Of a stretch of 64,000 nucleotides of DNA, positions 12,001-27,000 are shown one piece after another. The stretch lies in assembly GCA_002633005.1 (NCBI GenBank), contig NMRA01000007.1, positions 124,001-188,000 on the forward strand, given 5' to 3'. Origin of the DNA: Phoronis australis. Taxonomy: Eukaryota; Animalia; Phoronida. How positions within the stretch are numbered: the stretch's first letter is position 1; every line of letters begins with the position of its first letter. A model generated the notes under the pieces. It was not told the DNA's origin. It did not search any database and worked only from the letters and a program-made list of their open reading frames with translations. The translations under genes and the position numbers were made by a program.

Positions 12001-15000
12001 CCCTTAGTAATAGGCGACAGTGGTGGTGTCCTCCATGCAGACTTGGGCCCTTTACCTGGCAGGTGCTGCGTCTGCAACTGCAATGAGATTTTCCAAATTA
12101 AATATGACATACCTTGAAGCCTACCTTTAACAAAAACACGCAAACGTGATTGCTACAGCATCCAAGTACATCAATGCCATAAACTGTCAGTAATGGATAG
12201 GCTTGTTGATTTACATTCGCCTACATCACCACGAGAATCTTAACACAGTGCTCAATTCACACCCCTATTTTCTTGCAGTGATACAATATGGCGCTAACAA
12301 TCTCCTTCATTTATTATTTATTGTGAAGTGGGAACGTATGACAAAATTTCAGTCTTAAATCTTAAGTAACCTTCATGAAGCAGATCTCAGGTTTTCCGGT
12401 ATAGTTTGGTAAAAATACCACAAAGAAAGCTCATTTCGTTTTCCCTGTAAAGATCAACATCACAGCAGGACAAATGAACAGTAATCAGACAAAATAGCGG
12501 TTCCTAGTCGCGACAAATAATTCTGTTTGCACTGAAAATGATGGATGGTGATCCACCATGACTCGTCTTTCAGGCTGCTATCCCTTCTTGTAATCCATGT
12601 TAGCTATCTTTCCTTGACATTCTTAGTCAAAACGGAAGATTCTATTTAAGACAATGCCACCCATACTCAGCAACCGTGGCGGGAAACTTGGGTAATTTAT
12701 CTGATTACTTTTCAAATTGGCATGTACAGTAAATCAAACTGTCCAGCTGCAGTAGAACCCACAGCAATACTCTATACCTCTGCTCTCTCAGCTTGCTCCG
12801 TCCACCACAGTTCAAAGTCCTTCATTAACTGCACTTTAGATTTCTCCATCAGATGCTGCAGGTGCTCTATCTCCGTTTTCATTCCTCTGAGCCGGTTGAA
12901 CGTCGACCTATACCTGAAAACACAAATAAATAAAGAAGTATACAACGAGCTCTACAAGTCACACAATCTCCACATAAAAACAGCTATACATCTGTTTTCG
13001 GCAAAAAAATAAACAAGTTTCCCTTACAAAACTCGTCTCACTTGGTCCTTTCTCAAATTAGAGATGACTTCTGGGTTTGGGAATAACTGGCAGCCCAAGG
13101 GGTCACTCATATTGACAAGGTGTCTGCAGAGACCGCTTATTGCGGGTGCCAAACCTGTTGATTCCCACACATTTTGTGATGCCTATTGCGGGTTGCAAGA
13201 CGGCCAGTGCACCTTTTGCAGGGCTGAGGCCAATGCATTGGGCTTTTGTGGGGACGAAATGGAAATTTAGGGGTCTTTTGGACCCCGCACTAGTCCCACA
13301 AAACTTGCTGAAAAAGTACCATCTACCCGCAATTTTTGGTACACCACTGCAGGCACCTTGTCACTACGAGTGACCCACGGGAACTGGCAGTTCATTATTG
13401 CAAGTCTAGAGACTTAGTTCAGTAACTTTGGTAGTCGTGGCTGATCATTACATGCACCGAGCATAGTGTCAGGTAATAAGAAACTGTCGGTCTTTAAAAG
13501 ACCAGAAATCGGAGAACACTGATGAAGGGTGAGAGGATAAAATCAAAAGTTAGTTTCTTTGATGAAGGGTGCATTTGGTGAAACAAGTCATTTATTGTAG
13601 GATTTTAAACACCCTGATCATGGATTGTAATGACCAATGATAAAAAAGAGGAAAATTTTCCAGGTGACGTATTGCTCAATGAACAAATAAATAGGTTGAT
13701 GTGATAGAAATATTTTTTGTGTTGTAAAATTTAACTGCAAGAAACATTTTTGCATGAATAAAGTCAAAATAATCATAAAAAAGAGGAAACTGGAAACAAA
13801 TAAGAGGAAATAGAGACAAAAACGAGGAAATCCTCTTAAAGGAGGATAATTACAAGCCCCACCCAAACACCTCCATCGTAGACCCGCCACTAAGTGTTAT
13901 TTTTACATTTAACCCCTCAAACATATCCCTCCGCAGCAGCACTAACAACCCCAATCTAAACAGAAAAGAATAGAAATGTGGGAGTTTACCTTTCTTTTTC
14001 CACTTCAATTCTATCTCGAAGATGCTGTTCAGTTTCATCAGGTCCAGGGTTGTTAGGGTCTATTAAACCTGAAATCAATCAAAAATTTACTATTGACTGA
14101 AAAACAAACTCCAGTTACCTGGAAGAAACAGCTGGCTCGCCTTTTCATTGAAGAAACATTTTAATGCAGTAGAAATAAGAAAATCCAGAGCAAGCAACTT
14201 ACCCTGCATTGCTAACGACATTCTGTGTTGTTCAATTTTTGCCTTGATTTGATCTGGAAACAAAACAACCAAACATTTTTAATGTAATATATATTTAACT
14301 GAGGGACACAGACGGCATAACAAAAGAAGTCTCTTCTGTCTTTAATACCAGTGAAAGTTTTAGCTCATTTTTTTCTCTTTGTTCAAATATTACCACTGCT
14401 ATTATTACCATTGTAATTGTTATTTAAATACTACAGAGCGCCATCTTTGGAGTGGACTCTTGTTTTATTTTTTAGCATTCCAAATTACCCATGACAAAAT
14501 TGTGGACCGAATGAAGTTGACTCGATGCTTTCAAGAGATATTCATCAGCTTTATTTATTTGAGTTTGAAGTTTTGAGATTTTGGCTTGAACTAAACAGTG
14601 ATGTGAGGCACTTTAAAATATTGTTATCAGGTGAACACAGACTTAACACATACCACTCCAATCAAAGAAATGTCAGTAGAACTGTCTTTCCATGGAATAT
14701 AAAGTACATAAGTACCCGATGTACCTATTCAAATTTCTTATTGACTTTCACACTTAATCACTGTCCTCTTACACTATCTTTTGATATGCATATTTCATGT
14801 CCCTGCCTTACACATAAATATGAGTGTAAAAGAGATGGCACATCTTGAGAACCAGTTTGATGCTAGTTATTCAGTGGAGGAAGCTGATTTCCAAACTGCA
14901 GGCATGATATATCCGCTATTACCAAAGAGACAACGAAAAACAAAAACATAAAAAATTGAAATATCCATTTCATATTTAATGGACACTAGGTAAAAAGCAA

Positions 15001-18000
15001 CAAACCACAGCAACCAGTGTTTAACACAATGTATAGAAAAGAATGATTATATAGCAAGTGCAATAAGTGATCAATTAAAAAACAAACACACAGGTAAAGC
15101 TGAAGGTAAGACATACTTATTTTCCCTCTGGCTTGATTCACCGTCTCCCCTAGAGACTTGGCCTCAGCATAACGCTGTTTCAACTGGACCTTCTGCTCTT
15201 CAATAGCCTGGTTGTGCTCATAATCACGCTTGAAGATCTCAAAGGCTTCATTACGACCCATTGACATTTGGCCCACTGCAAATGAATGCATCAGTGAAAT
15301 CAAGGGAAAAACATGTCTCGTAGAAACACTCTTTGTGTTCTTGAGCCCTGAGCTGAGAAAATATTGATCAATTGTCAGTGGAACTTGAGAAACCATGAAA
15401 CAATAACAGTACAAAACATGGGTCAGCACGCAAACTTCTACCTTTAAAAGTTGGAATCAAATTGTGTGAAGCACAAAAGCAATGCAACTCCTAAAAATCT
15501 GAATTGAAAAAATGATTACGGATGTTTGTTAAAGAACTGCCAAAGGATACCTTTTGAATATTATTGTTCTTCCAGAAATCACAGATGAACACAATGCAGG
15601 TGTGCATCAATATTTCTTCAATCAATTGAAATGGTTGTTATGACAAGAGCAACTACCATGACTTGAATCTTTTTTGACCATGCGTGGAACAGAATACAAA
15701 ATGTTCAACATTACATGAGACAATACTACTACTATCCAGAAAAGTTTGAACCAAAAACAATCTTGTCATGACTATAGCTGAAAAGGGAAAAGGATGCATG
15801 TGTGTGCGTGCTTACAAATTTTTGTTTTGTTGCGTTCCTCCACAGGGTCAACTGACTGTTCCCTTTTTTCCCTCTGTTCTAACTCCCTCTGCTGTTTCCG
15901 CTCTCTATGCTTCTCCTTCCTGCCACTAGAGGGCCTCCTAGCCACCGGCTCCTCAAGTGTGTCATCAGAAGCGCTGCGGCGTGGGGGCGAGGCATGTGCG
16001 TGGCCATTTATAGCCTCGGTCTCACTGGCAGGTCGGTGCGTCGTGCGTCCAAGGCTGTGCAGCTGGTTCATCGCATCGGAAGCCCGCTTTTTTTCCTTCT
16101 TCAACATGTTGACCAGAATGTCTGAACACTCGGATAAGGAAAACTAATGAACTACACAGTTATGGTACTATTACTAAAAAGCATTCAATTCTACATCACA
16201 CTAATACCAGTCAACACAAACTTACTGCTTTAGGATCTACATACCAAAAGACTCCTTCTGTTGTAAGCAATAAAACACCAAACTATGAATACACTCATCT
16301 GGTTTGTCAAATAGTGGCCACTGTGAACCTAGGTTCAATAGATTTTTTATCATTATATGCATTACTATCACAAACAAAGATGGAATTTTCAATAGACTAG
16401 AGTAAATTATAATAGAGCTTGTAGTGGTATTGGGGACTGGCAACTACACATAACGAAAGGAACGATGAAATGGTTTGAAAAAACAAAGTCAAACACTACA
16501 GCTGCAACTGCCTATAGATTACTCTGACTATGGTCAAAATACCCAAGGCTTTTGTGTTTTTATTAATGTATTTAGACCCTCTCGTCTTGATGGTGGCATA
16601 ATATGTCAAGGCCAGCGCTTGTGGCAAACCACACGTGCCCAGACATTTAGCTTCATGTACTGGTATGTGAAACTTGGCTTATTTCCGAATTTAGGATGAA
16701 CATTAATAGCACAAGTATGAAGGTTGACTTGGTAGATACTGACACTTTTAAGATCAACCAAGTGAAGGAAACATAGCATGGATAACGCAAGCATGCATGA
16801 AACATCAAGTTTAAGGTTTTACTAAGTCCTCCATTGTCGGACCAACTTTAAACTAAGATAAAATATGAACAAATACATTAAGCCAAAAATAACAACTACA
16901 AGCTCCATTTCCAACCACAGTATAGCCAAAGGAAACAAGAGGTCTCAACTTGACTTATTTCATGACTCAAGTTTTTGTGACAATCGCAAAGCTAAATCAA
17001 ACATTTGATATACACCACTGTGTAAAATGGGACATCCCAAGGTAATGGTAATATTACCTAAACACACTCAATATATGGTAGACACCTCCAAGAGAGATAA
17101 CATGCATCTATGGAACAATAACTGAAGGGAAACAATCTCAACAAAAAAGTATTTTGCGTCATGTTCTTTGTTAAAAAGGATACTTATTTCATTGTCTCTC
17201 TGCCTTAGTAAATCATTCAGTTTCTTGACTTCAGCAGTGCTTGGACCCGTCGTTACCTCCTCCCTAGGGGTCGGCTCCTCGGGTACGTAAGCTGACTGTG
17301 GAGGCTGTTCAGGACGCTCTAGCACGTGTCGCTGAAAACATGGCCACAGAAATGAGCTTTAGGGTTCTGCTCTTTAGCATCGTGGGAGGACAAAAGCGAC
17401 CTCTGTTTGATCCACTTTTGACTTGTGGTAGTCAGGACGGGGAGAGTTAATAAAGATGAAATGCAATTTCTATAGTTCATCGACATTTACAGACAATGAA
17501 CTTTTTACGCGCTATAAATCAACAATCTTGATTCCACCCCATGATGATTGTAAAGAATTAAAAAGTACTAATACTTTCTACTGTTTTAATGCGCTCATCC
17601 AAGTAATACGTAAACTGTAGGTGGCGCTCTCCCCAGAGCTTTTTTACAATTAATTTCCTACAATTTCAGTTCATTCATTTTGAATCCTCCAACTCCATAT
17701 ATTTTACATCAACCTGTGTTTAGTTTGAGCATGAGCTGCAATTTGCATTGTTACATGATTACCAAGCACAGAAGCCAACACTAACAATCTCTTTCTACAA
17801 GATACATTTTTACATGGACTAACAAAGCATTTAATAATCAATTCCACTAACCTTTAAAAGTTTGTAACACAATTGTATCTTTCTCATGTCGCCTCCAATA
17901 TTTAACGTGGCTTCCAAGTCTGGGTCTTCAAGGAAAGACTCTACAGCACGTCTACACCTGTTAACGATACAATAGTATGGGCCTGGAAAGTAGCTCTAAC

Positions 18001-21000
18001 GTTCAATCGAAGTGCACATCCACAATTTACCGGTTTTGCCCACTGAAATGGTACAAACTAATAATGTAAATGCTTCATTAAAAGTACACTGAAGCATGTT
18101 TATATCTATACTTTGTGCAGAGATGAAGATGCCTCAATACAAATGTAGCAAAACCTAAATATTTACACCATAGCAGCATTAAAGAGGTTTGCTGTAAGCA
18201 TAATTGGCTCTCCATTGAGTTGTCATGAGTTTCAGTATAACCTCATAGACCTGCCCTTGACCAAGACACTAAGGCTCCATTGTTCCAGTCACAGCTGTAC
18301 AAATGAATACCAGTCTATTCCAGGAAGTAAGCTCTGGTGGACTAGCATTAAATAAGAAGCAGCAATCAGCCAAAATGAGCCTGATGGTTCTTGAAGGTTT
18401 TACTTATATTTTTGCAACACATACTGCGTCACTCATGAACAACATGGCACTCAACACTAGCCCAACTTAATTAGGAAAAACAACAAACCTGTCTACTTCT
18501 TCATCTGTGAGGTCATCGGTTCTCTGCTCCCCCGTGGCTATAGCCAGTTCTTCTTTCAACAAGGCTATCTCACTCTTCAACTTGGCTATCATTAGTTTAG
18601 GATCGAGTTCCTCATTAAGTATGGCATCATTCTTGATCATGGCTACGCGTTGTGCAAACCGACATGTGGATATGGACTCCTAAACAATTTCCAAGTATTA
18701 ATGAGTAAGGCTCCCAAATGACAAATACTACAAAATATGTATTAAAATGAGAAATGATAAGTATATGACTAAACTGAAATTGACGTTCTGAGTTTACAAA
18801 GTCCACAGAATTGCACAATCACTTTCGGCTTTTAATTATGAAAAAGAAAGTTTCCACAGCCACAGAAAGATGTCGTACTGTAATTTACAGCAGTTCAAAA
18901 AAGAAGCCGTGCACCAAATCTAAATCCACAATTTTCACATTCAAATCTGATTTGCGCAAAATCCTTCTCAATAGGGTATTATTTAATCACAATATTCTCA
19001 AAATTTATCAACATTACATGAACAATACAAAAATTAATCAAACAATAAACATGAACAAAACAGGCAACACAGTAGACCTTTTGAGAAACTGTGGGGATTC
19101 ATAACAACATTAGACACCTTTAAAAATGAAAGAATGTCGATTTTGGCTTTCGTTTATGTCCAAAACTGGTGCAATATTACCGTATTTATAACCATAAGAG
19201 CCTCAGACTCACATCAATATTTTTCTTCTCAATAGAGCACGTGGCTATCATGGTGGTCATGCAGTTCCCTCCAAGACTGTCTCTCAAAACGGAAGTCATC
19301 ATCGAGTTACGATATGGAATGTGGCTTCTCGACTTTTCAGCCAAGGCAACGATTACCTAGAAGAGGACATTTAGATAAGATAACGGATGAAATGCTGGCA
19401 TCCAGTCACAGACAAATGATTATCACTACAGATACAACAGACCTGGGGCCATTCAAATAAAATAACTTAGACTTTTGGCTTAAGTCTAAGGTTTGTCTCA
19501 ACATCTAAACTTTGAAACTTCCACATCCAGCAGGTTAGTCAAAATTAAGGAAAACGTAACAGAGACAAATTTAAGTTTTATCATAAAATTGACTGAAATT
19601 TATGATTTGTCTTAGCTAAGTCAGTTTTCTTGAAACGTGCCCCTGTTTAATAGTAATTAGTAATACATAAACCTCATGGCAATGCATGTAAAAGTTAAAT
19701 CTTTTCCTTGGGGAAGATTTCTTTATTCGAAGAGAAAGTCTTAATTATTTCTAGAGGAACTCTACTTGGAAAAAATACCTTTACCATATAACAGTTAAAC
19801 CTCAACATTTGCAGAAGAAAAGCTCAAGAGAGAAATGATCCAAATTAGAAGAAAACAGATGAATAAGCAGGATTGTGTTTTTATATGGTATTTTCGGCAA
19901 TGGGCGCCCACTGGGCTGTTCTAACCAGCATCACAAGTTACCGTACCTGTACAGCACACATACCTGTTCCAGATAGTGTAACGACAGGTTAATGTACTTG
20001 GCTTCAGTCAACAGCTGGCCATTGACACCAGTTTTGCCTATTCTTTCTGACCTGGAAGACAACCGCCAGTAAAACTATTTTAACAATTTAATGACCCCAC
20101 TCTGTATTGTTAACACCGATTAATTCCCACCTTAAAATAAATTGCTTTTGATTTAGACTAAGTCTAAACTTGTTCCTTACTAAAGACTAGAAATGATTTC
20201 TGGGCTTGACACGTTGCTATAGCAACAGCCCAGACTAATTAAGTAAATTGTCATGGTGTGTTAACAGGACTCTCAGGTGAATTCCAGCCATTTAATTGCA
20301 ACCAATGTCAATTCAATGATAGGAAAAGAATGTAGTGACATTGATTTGGAAACACAAGTATGCTTGTGAATGAAGTTGTGTTTCACACCAGAACAAACCA
20401 CAGCCATGCACTTAGTGTAATGAAATAGGATTTTCATTATCACCATTGTTATAAAAACAGTCTTTACCTTACAACTAAAACAAGAAACATTAGACAAACA
20501 AAAATAACACAGTAAAATAACAATAAAAATACAATAAAATTTTGGAATGTTCAATAATTTATAAATCACAATTAAAATTAAAAATTATAATACAAAACAA
20601 ATAGAAATGTTTAATAACTGCTCAAGGCCATTCTAAAAGTATATTGTGAAGGTCAGCAGAGGGTTAGACTTACCCAGCTAAATCCACCAAATGTAGCTTC
20701 GCCCTGCGTATCGTGGCCGACCCAGTTTCTCTACATGACAGATGTATTGTGAAGATACAATGTGACCGCGTGGAAGCTTGGTTCATAGGAGTCTGAAGAC
20801 AGAAAACAATACACAATCAGTCGACTATTCCACATTGAAGCTGGCTATTGGAATCAGCGGTACCCCCAAGAAAAACGTTCCCAACATGATTTGAACTTGA
20901 TTTGAACATAGCTTGTTAAAAAATTTTAGGTCATAGTTTCAGATTTCCATCTCAATCATAACATTATTTAAGAGTCGAGAGCAGGCAATGTCCTTAATTT

Positions 21001-24000
21001 CTAGTTGACATTGGATACGTGCATCACAAGCCAAAATTCAGAGTGATCCCGATTTACAATTTCAGCACCAGGGCGGCGATGTGGAAAATTTATTGCCTGG
21101 ATAAGTTTGATCGTTACAAGATGTGATAATTAGTACATAGGAATGAGGAAGTCTTAATTCATTCAGTGGTGCAAATGTAACAAGTGTCCTATAGTTAGAA
21201 ATGTCATTCAATCACGGGGGACCTTTATCTACAAATGTCCCCATATTGACGAACTGCTTTCTACTCTCAATCTATTCAGATGTTCAAAAGAGGGCCCTCT
21301 CTCTATTAGCACCAACTAGTGAGCCTAGAGTCACTTATTGTGAAAGGATGGGCGATAGAAACAGGGTCCGGGGATTTTAATCATTCTTCTTTTTGAAAAC
21401 CGTATGACAGGTAGCATGCACTCGACTTCATGCAAGCCGAAGCTATAATCAAGTTCCTGGCTGTATTCACTTCCTTAACAGGAAAGTCTTGCGAGTTGAT
21501 ACTCGAACAGTGAGATTATAAATCCCTTGGCGTTACCCAATAGACATCAACATAGAATTAAAAGTATAAGAGAATCATTGTGATGAGGGACCACTTTGTG
21601 GGAGGGCCAGCCTTTGTTGCTAAGTTACTCGGCCTCATTACTATAACCAATCAGGAGCCAGAATAGATCGTAGAGACATTTAGTCTCCGTTATGGTACTA
21701 ATCTAAATGACAGGCAGACCTGTACCACAGAGGTCACTGATAACACAATACCTCAGCTATCATTCTGTTGGTGTCACCCAAAAACAACAAGTTGAGTGCT
21801 TCCTCCTCGTTGCCGGCTTGATGTGTGGACAGATTCTTGAGGTGAATGTTCTGGTCAGAGTCCTCCATTAGAGATACCTTGCTGTAATGAGCACAATGTG
21901 ATTGCAAAGCTTCCTCAAATGTTGGCGATATACTCAAGGGTCCAGAAGAAGTAACAAATGGCACATTTAAACAGACATATACGTAAACGTTAACATCAAG
22001 GAAACCACAAAAATATGGGACAACATTGAGCCATAACATAATGAGGTTGACTATTGTGTTGTGTTGAACCATGCGGAATATTGTGACTATCTCCAGAGTA
22101 ATTTTGGCACAGATGTCTTGTCAGACGACCAACATGAAAAGAATATTCGGTCGTGCAATCGCGTTGGCAGTTCAGTATGATCGCCCATACATAGTTCCAC
22201 TAATATGCATATGATGATGACGTTAGTTATAACGAAACACAAACCATCCTTTCGTCCCAGGAAACTTACTGAAGAACAAGAATGAAAATTTAGATGTCGC
22301 TAACCCATAGGTCTAACAAAATCAAAGCAAACCACAAAATAAACTGGCAGGAGACTTTCACATGTGCCCGACGCCCCCACAGTGGTGAACGATGGCAATG
22401 ACACATAGAAAGTAACAACACGCTTGTGAATATAGAAAAGTAGTTCTTCCATACTTCACACTTATTGCATGGGCATACCATCCTGTATGTATGATAGATT
22501 GCCTTATTGCACGGCCGTATTATCCCGTATGTATGATAGATTAACTCATTGCGTGGCCGTATCATACCGTATGTATGATAGATTAACTCATTGCGTGGCC
22601 GAATCATCCCGTATGCAAGATACATTATCTTATGCAACACTTACGGAAGATCCTCAAGTTTGGAAGCCTCGTGCTTTGGGTCAAGCAAATCGTAGCCATT
22701 TTCGTTGTAAATTTCCAAGTAAGAAACATGGGCCGTGTACTCATTCTCTGAATTCTGGAACAGAGTGATATGTGTGAATACAGACTTTAAATGCATGAAT
22801 AGTATCAAATAAACAATATTAATGACAATAAAAACACAATGATAAATGAATTTGAAAGCACAATCCTATCATTGAGCATAACCACACTTAATTGCCCGAT
22901 CTAATGCAGTTTTACCTTTCTCTATGTTTACTTCACAGTTAGTTGACACCATTTTCATCAGTTCCAAAGATTTCTTTATCTTTGACTAGTAAGAGACTTG
23001 CTTTATTGCCCTTACAGCCACTAAATACTATCCTTTTGGATCAGCTTGCAAACAGTTTTCCAAATTGCAAAACAATGTTGGAAGCCTTTGAAAAATGAGA
23101 AAAAGTTAACTTTGGCTATTAGTTTTGAGCAAAACTTGTATGACTTTACCATGTATTTATAACTGACCCAATACTAACTTGTTCGAAATACTGGAAGATA
23201 TAAGATAGAGTCCTGGGAATGATCCCGCGGTCAGCGTAGCGCTCTGCACCCCCAGTGATTGTAAATGTCTTGCCACTGCCAGTCTGCAATATATGGTTGT
23301 AATACAGAATTAAACTGTAGTAACAAGGTTAAAGGTCAGAGCTACTACATCATTACAGACATGTAATACTTCTGTGTGACGAGTAGTAACAAGGTTAAAG
23401 GTCATACCTGCAGCATGATTACACACATTTGCAACTTCTACATGAACGGCACTAACTAGGTTAAAGGTCATAGCTATAGCATGATTACATATATGTGCAA
23501 CTTCAAGGTTACCAAAAGAACAGTGACGACTAGGCCTACCACAACTGCGGCCCTCACTGTGTGACCATACTCGATGATCACTCCAATTTATACACTGTTT
23601 TAAGCAAGGTGTTGACAAGAATCAAAGACACAACAGTCAGTATGATTAAACAGACAAGAAAACATTTTGATCACCTATCCAAATGTTACACAAGAGAGAC
23701 TTACAAATACATAGCCATACGACCATACAACTCCCATCACTGTTGAAGGTTATGTAGGACCCTAGCAAAATGTCTAACATAAGAACATCATATCTCAGAA
23801 ATGGCTGACTGGATTCACATGAAACTTTCACATACCATTCTTTAGGCACAGTTCTGCAATAATATTGTTTTTAAAGTGTTCCACTTTGGCGTGAGGTGTT
23901 GTTAAAAATGATGTTTATATGACATATCTCAAAAGTCGCATAAAACGAAATCTTATTATAGAAAACTGCATCAAAGTTTTGGGAATTTGTTCTTGAACAC

Positions 24001-27000
24001 TTATATCAGATGAAATTTGGACATGTTATTGATACTTGCGTTTGGCTATGAATGTGGCATTCTTTTATCCTAAATTTAACATGGTCACGTGATTAGTATC
24101 AAGTTACAAATCACATTCTACAAGAGAAAATAAATACCTTTACTCATTTGATATAAATTTCATACACCACCGGCCTTTTGAAACCATAAACTCACAATTT
24201 TACAATGACACTCCAGTCAATACAGTCTATACATACAGATGCATCTGCTACAGAGATAACAAAACAGTTCTGCAACAACATTTTCTTACTTTCATTGCCA
24301 AAAAAACATATTTTGCGACTTGATCTAAAACTAGGGTTTCATTGGATTTCACAATAGTGCGCGTCTGTTCAGGACTACAATCTTCCCTTAAAGACCCTAG
24401 TAATGTACATTGTCTAAGGTTTTCAAGCATTTTACACCGACAGAGAAAATGGTACTCACCTTCGATTTCACCATTAAGATACAATTCACAAAATCAAGGT
24501 TCTCTCATAACAGCCGTTTCCCAGAACTTTTCTACCGTTACTTAGTTTATTCCAATAGTTCTATAGATATTTGGATCAACGTACAGATTCGCCAGTAAGA
24601 TCCTATATAACCTGAAGCAACTATGTCGCATCAAATTTGTGACTAACTTAGCTTAAAACTGAAATGATTCCAGATCAGTAAAACAATGAGTATCAATTAT
24701 ACACATGAGTATGAGAAACCCAGGAATTTGGATCAGAATCAAAATTTTGGTTTTATCAAAGTCTTATTGTTCTTTGCAAACAACACATCAAAATCAAAAT
24801 GCAATTTATTCAAATCTTAGGAATAGATGCTTGATCATGCAGTCATAAAATGCCGTTTTTATAGATCTGTCCTCTTTTCCCGTTTATAACTTTGAGACGA
24901 TCAGTTTATCGGTTTGTCACTATAAGCAGTGGGCTTGGGATATAGTCATATTTGTCTGGTAATAAGACACTTTAACCATACCTCTACCTTGGTAAAAAGA
25001 AAACTATGATTACCTGGCCATATGCAAATATTGTGCCATTGTAACCTTGGATGACGCTGGAAATATACAAATGACATTAAGTCAAGGACTGATAACAAAC
25101 TAGGAAAAACTATTTTCATATTATGGTATACCAAACCACTAAAAGCACAATGCAAAAATCATGCGTGAACTACCACACACATCTGCATTTACACACAGGA
25201 CAGTTGAATTGGGAACTAAAATATCAGGGGTTGGCATTAAGTCAAGCATGGGCATTTAAAAAACATTCTGAGATGTTGGGATGGTGTTTACCTAAATGGT
25301 CACATTGTCACATTGGGTAAATGCAACACACTTGCGTACAAAGCCAACGGGAACACAACAAGAGAGTATGGGTATTTTGCTGATCAAATAAGGGAAGGTG
25401 TCACTGAAACTTTAACAGGACGTTTACAAGGAAGTCACAATCACAATAGGGAATGGGTGGATGACAGTACCCCGAGGATGGGAGGTTTAACAAGAATGAG
25501 GTATGTGTGAACTGTGCAATTACAAAGAACAGAACAAAATGATCCAGTAAAATAATCAAGCATAGCATAAAATTAAAAACACATAATTCAACTCTCAATA
25601 GGTATAATATGCAGAAGAAGGCCGAAAGCCCATGCTAGTTTTTAGACATGGCGCTTTAATAGGTTTGTTAGCACATCTTGTTTACGTCATTTTCAAATTA
25701 TGTATTTTTTCATAGCAATTATAGAGATTTGCTATCAAACACATCATTACTTACTTGTCAATGACGGGCTTCGCAACGGACTCGAAAACATCTTCTTGCT
25801 TCGTTCGCTGGTCAAACACTTTAGAAAACCTGCAGCAACAGCACAACATATACAGAAAAATCACCAATTTAGGACACAATATGGTGAATAATCACAGTAA
25901 TTATTTAATCTTTTCATAGAAAATGAATGTTTTATAATTTTCAAGTTGTATGTCATAGCTATCGCCAGACTACATTTTTAGAAACTGCACACATCCTCAA
26001 CAATTTTAGAAGTCTTTAAAAATGAGAAAAGATCAATTTTAGCAATTATCATTCTCCAAAACTGGCTAGATGTCACTGTTCAATCAAAGGAGCTTTGAGA
26101 ATACAGTCATACAAGCATACAATTGTACTGGTAGCTCTAAAGCATTATGTATAAGTCTAACATGTTGTTTAGGTGCTGGCCAACATGGAATACCAAAGTG
26201 GTTTAAATTCCATCATGGGTGATTGGCACAGGAATGCATACTATTTCGTGCCATTTTGTCTTAAATCTTACATTTCCAAAGTTTGCCAGTAAGCGAAACA
26301 AGATAATTCTAGACAAATTCAATGTGCCAGTTTGTTCTAGATTTGTTTCACACAATAGGTAGGTAACTTTGTAACACTTTCCAGTGTTCTCCACATCTGA
26401 AAATCTAAACAGGTCGCAAGTGTAAAAACTGCAACGTGCCGGAACAGCGCGGCGGTCAACGTTCTCCATAAGCTAGTGTGCACCTTATTTTTTACCCACG
26501 CATTTTAATAGTAATGCACCATAGTGCAACCAAATACCTGTCTTTATTCAACTTTTTATTCATTATTTGCTGATGTGTGACGTTGTCGACAAAAATTCGG
26601 TTCGTACCGTTCGTGACATGAATATTTGCGATTTGTTGACCAAGCCCGGCAATATCACCACCATCCGGTCCTGGATTATCTGTCGTATCTGTATCTGAGT
26701 CAACGTCAGTATCTGAAACATCTCTCGGTTTTTAAAACAATCCTTAGGCTTAGCGGTCCTTCACCTTCCCGCGGCAGACAACATTTCTAAGTAAAGAATG
26801 CGCATGTCAATCGGTAACGGAAGCCAGGATAGAATTCACTAGACCACGCGAGGTAAACAAGACTCTGTGAGATTACGCGAGATATTACCGTGTGACTTCA
26901 ATGAGAGCACGTGATTTTGGCTACAATTTCTCAGCGCGAGACATATATTTTGAACTTTACTAAGTGACGTCATCTGCTGTCCCAAATCTCAGAATACTCC

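Noticed and set aside
13618-13890. Similar hydrophobic ORFs at 13618-13890 (-) and 53761-53997 (+)
   Set aside because: The similarity comes from two copies of a T-rich MITE, not from a protein family.
15794-16147. Plus-strand ORFs overlapping KIF6 exon 14
   Set aside because: Antisense to a GC-rich coding exon.
21371-21526. Short inverted pair GGGATTTTAATC / GATTATAAATCCC
   Set aside because: Probably a decayed MITE, but too short and imperfect to call.
22460-23515. Regularly spaced repeats resembling a CRISPR array (also 48195-49565)
   Set aside because: The units repeat in full with no unique spacers, there are no cas genes, and the context is eukaryotic introns.
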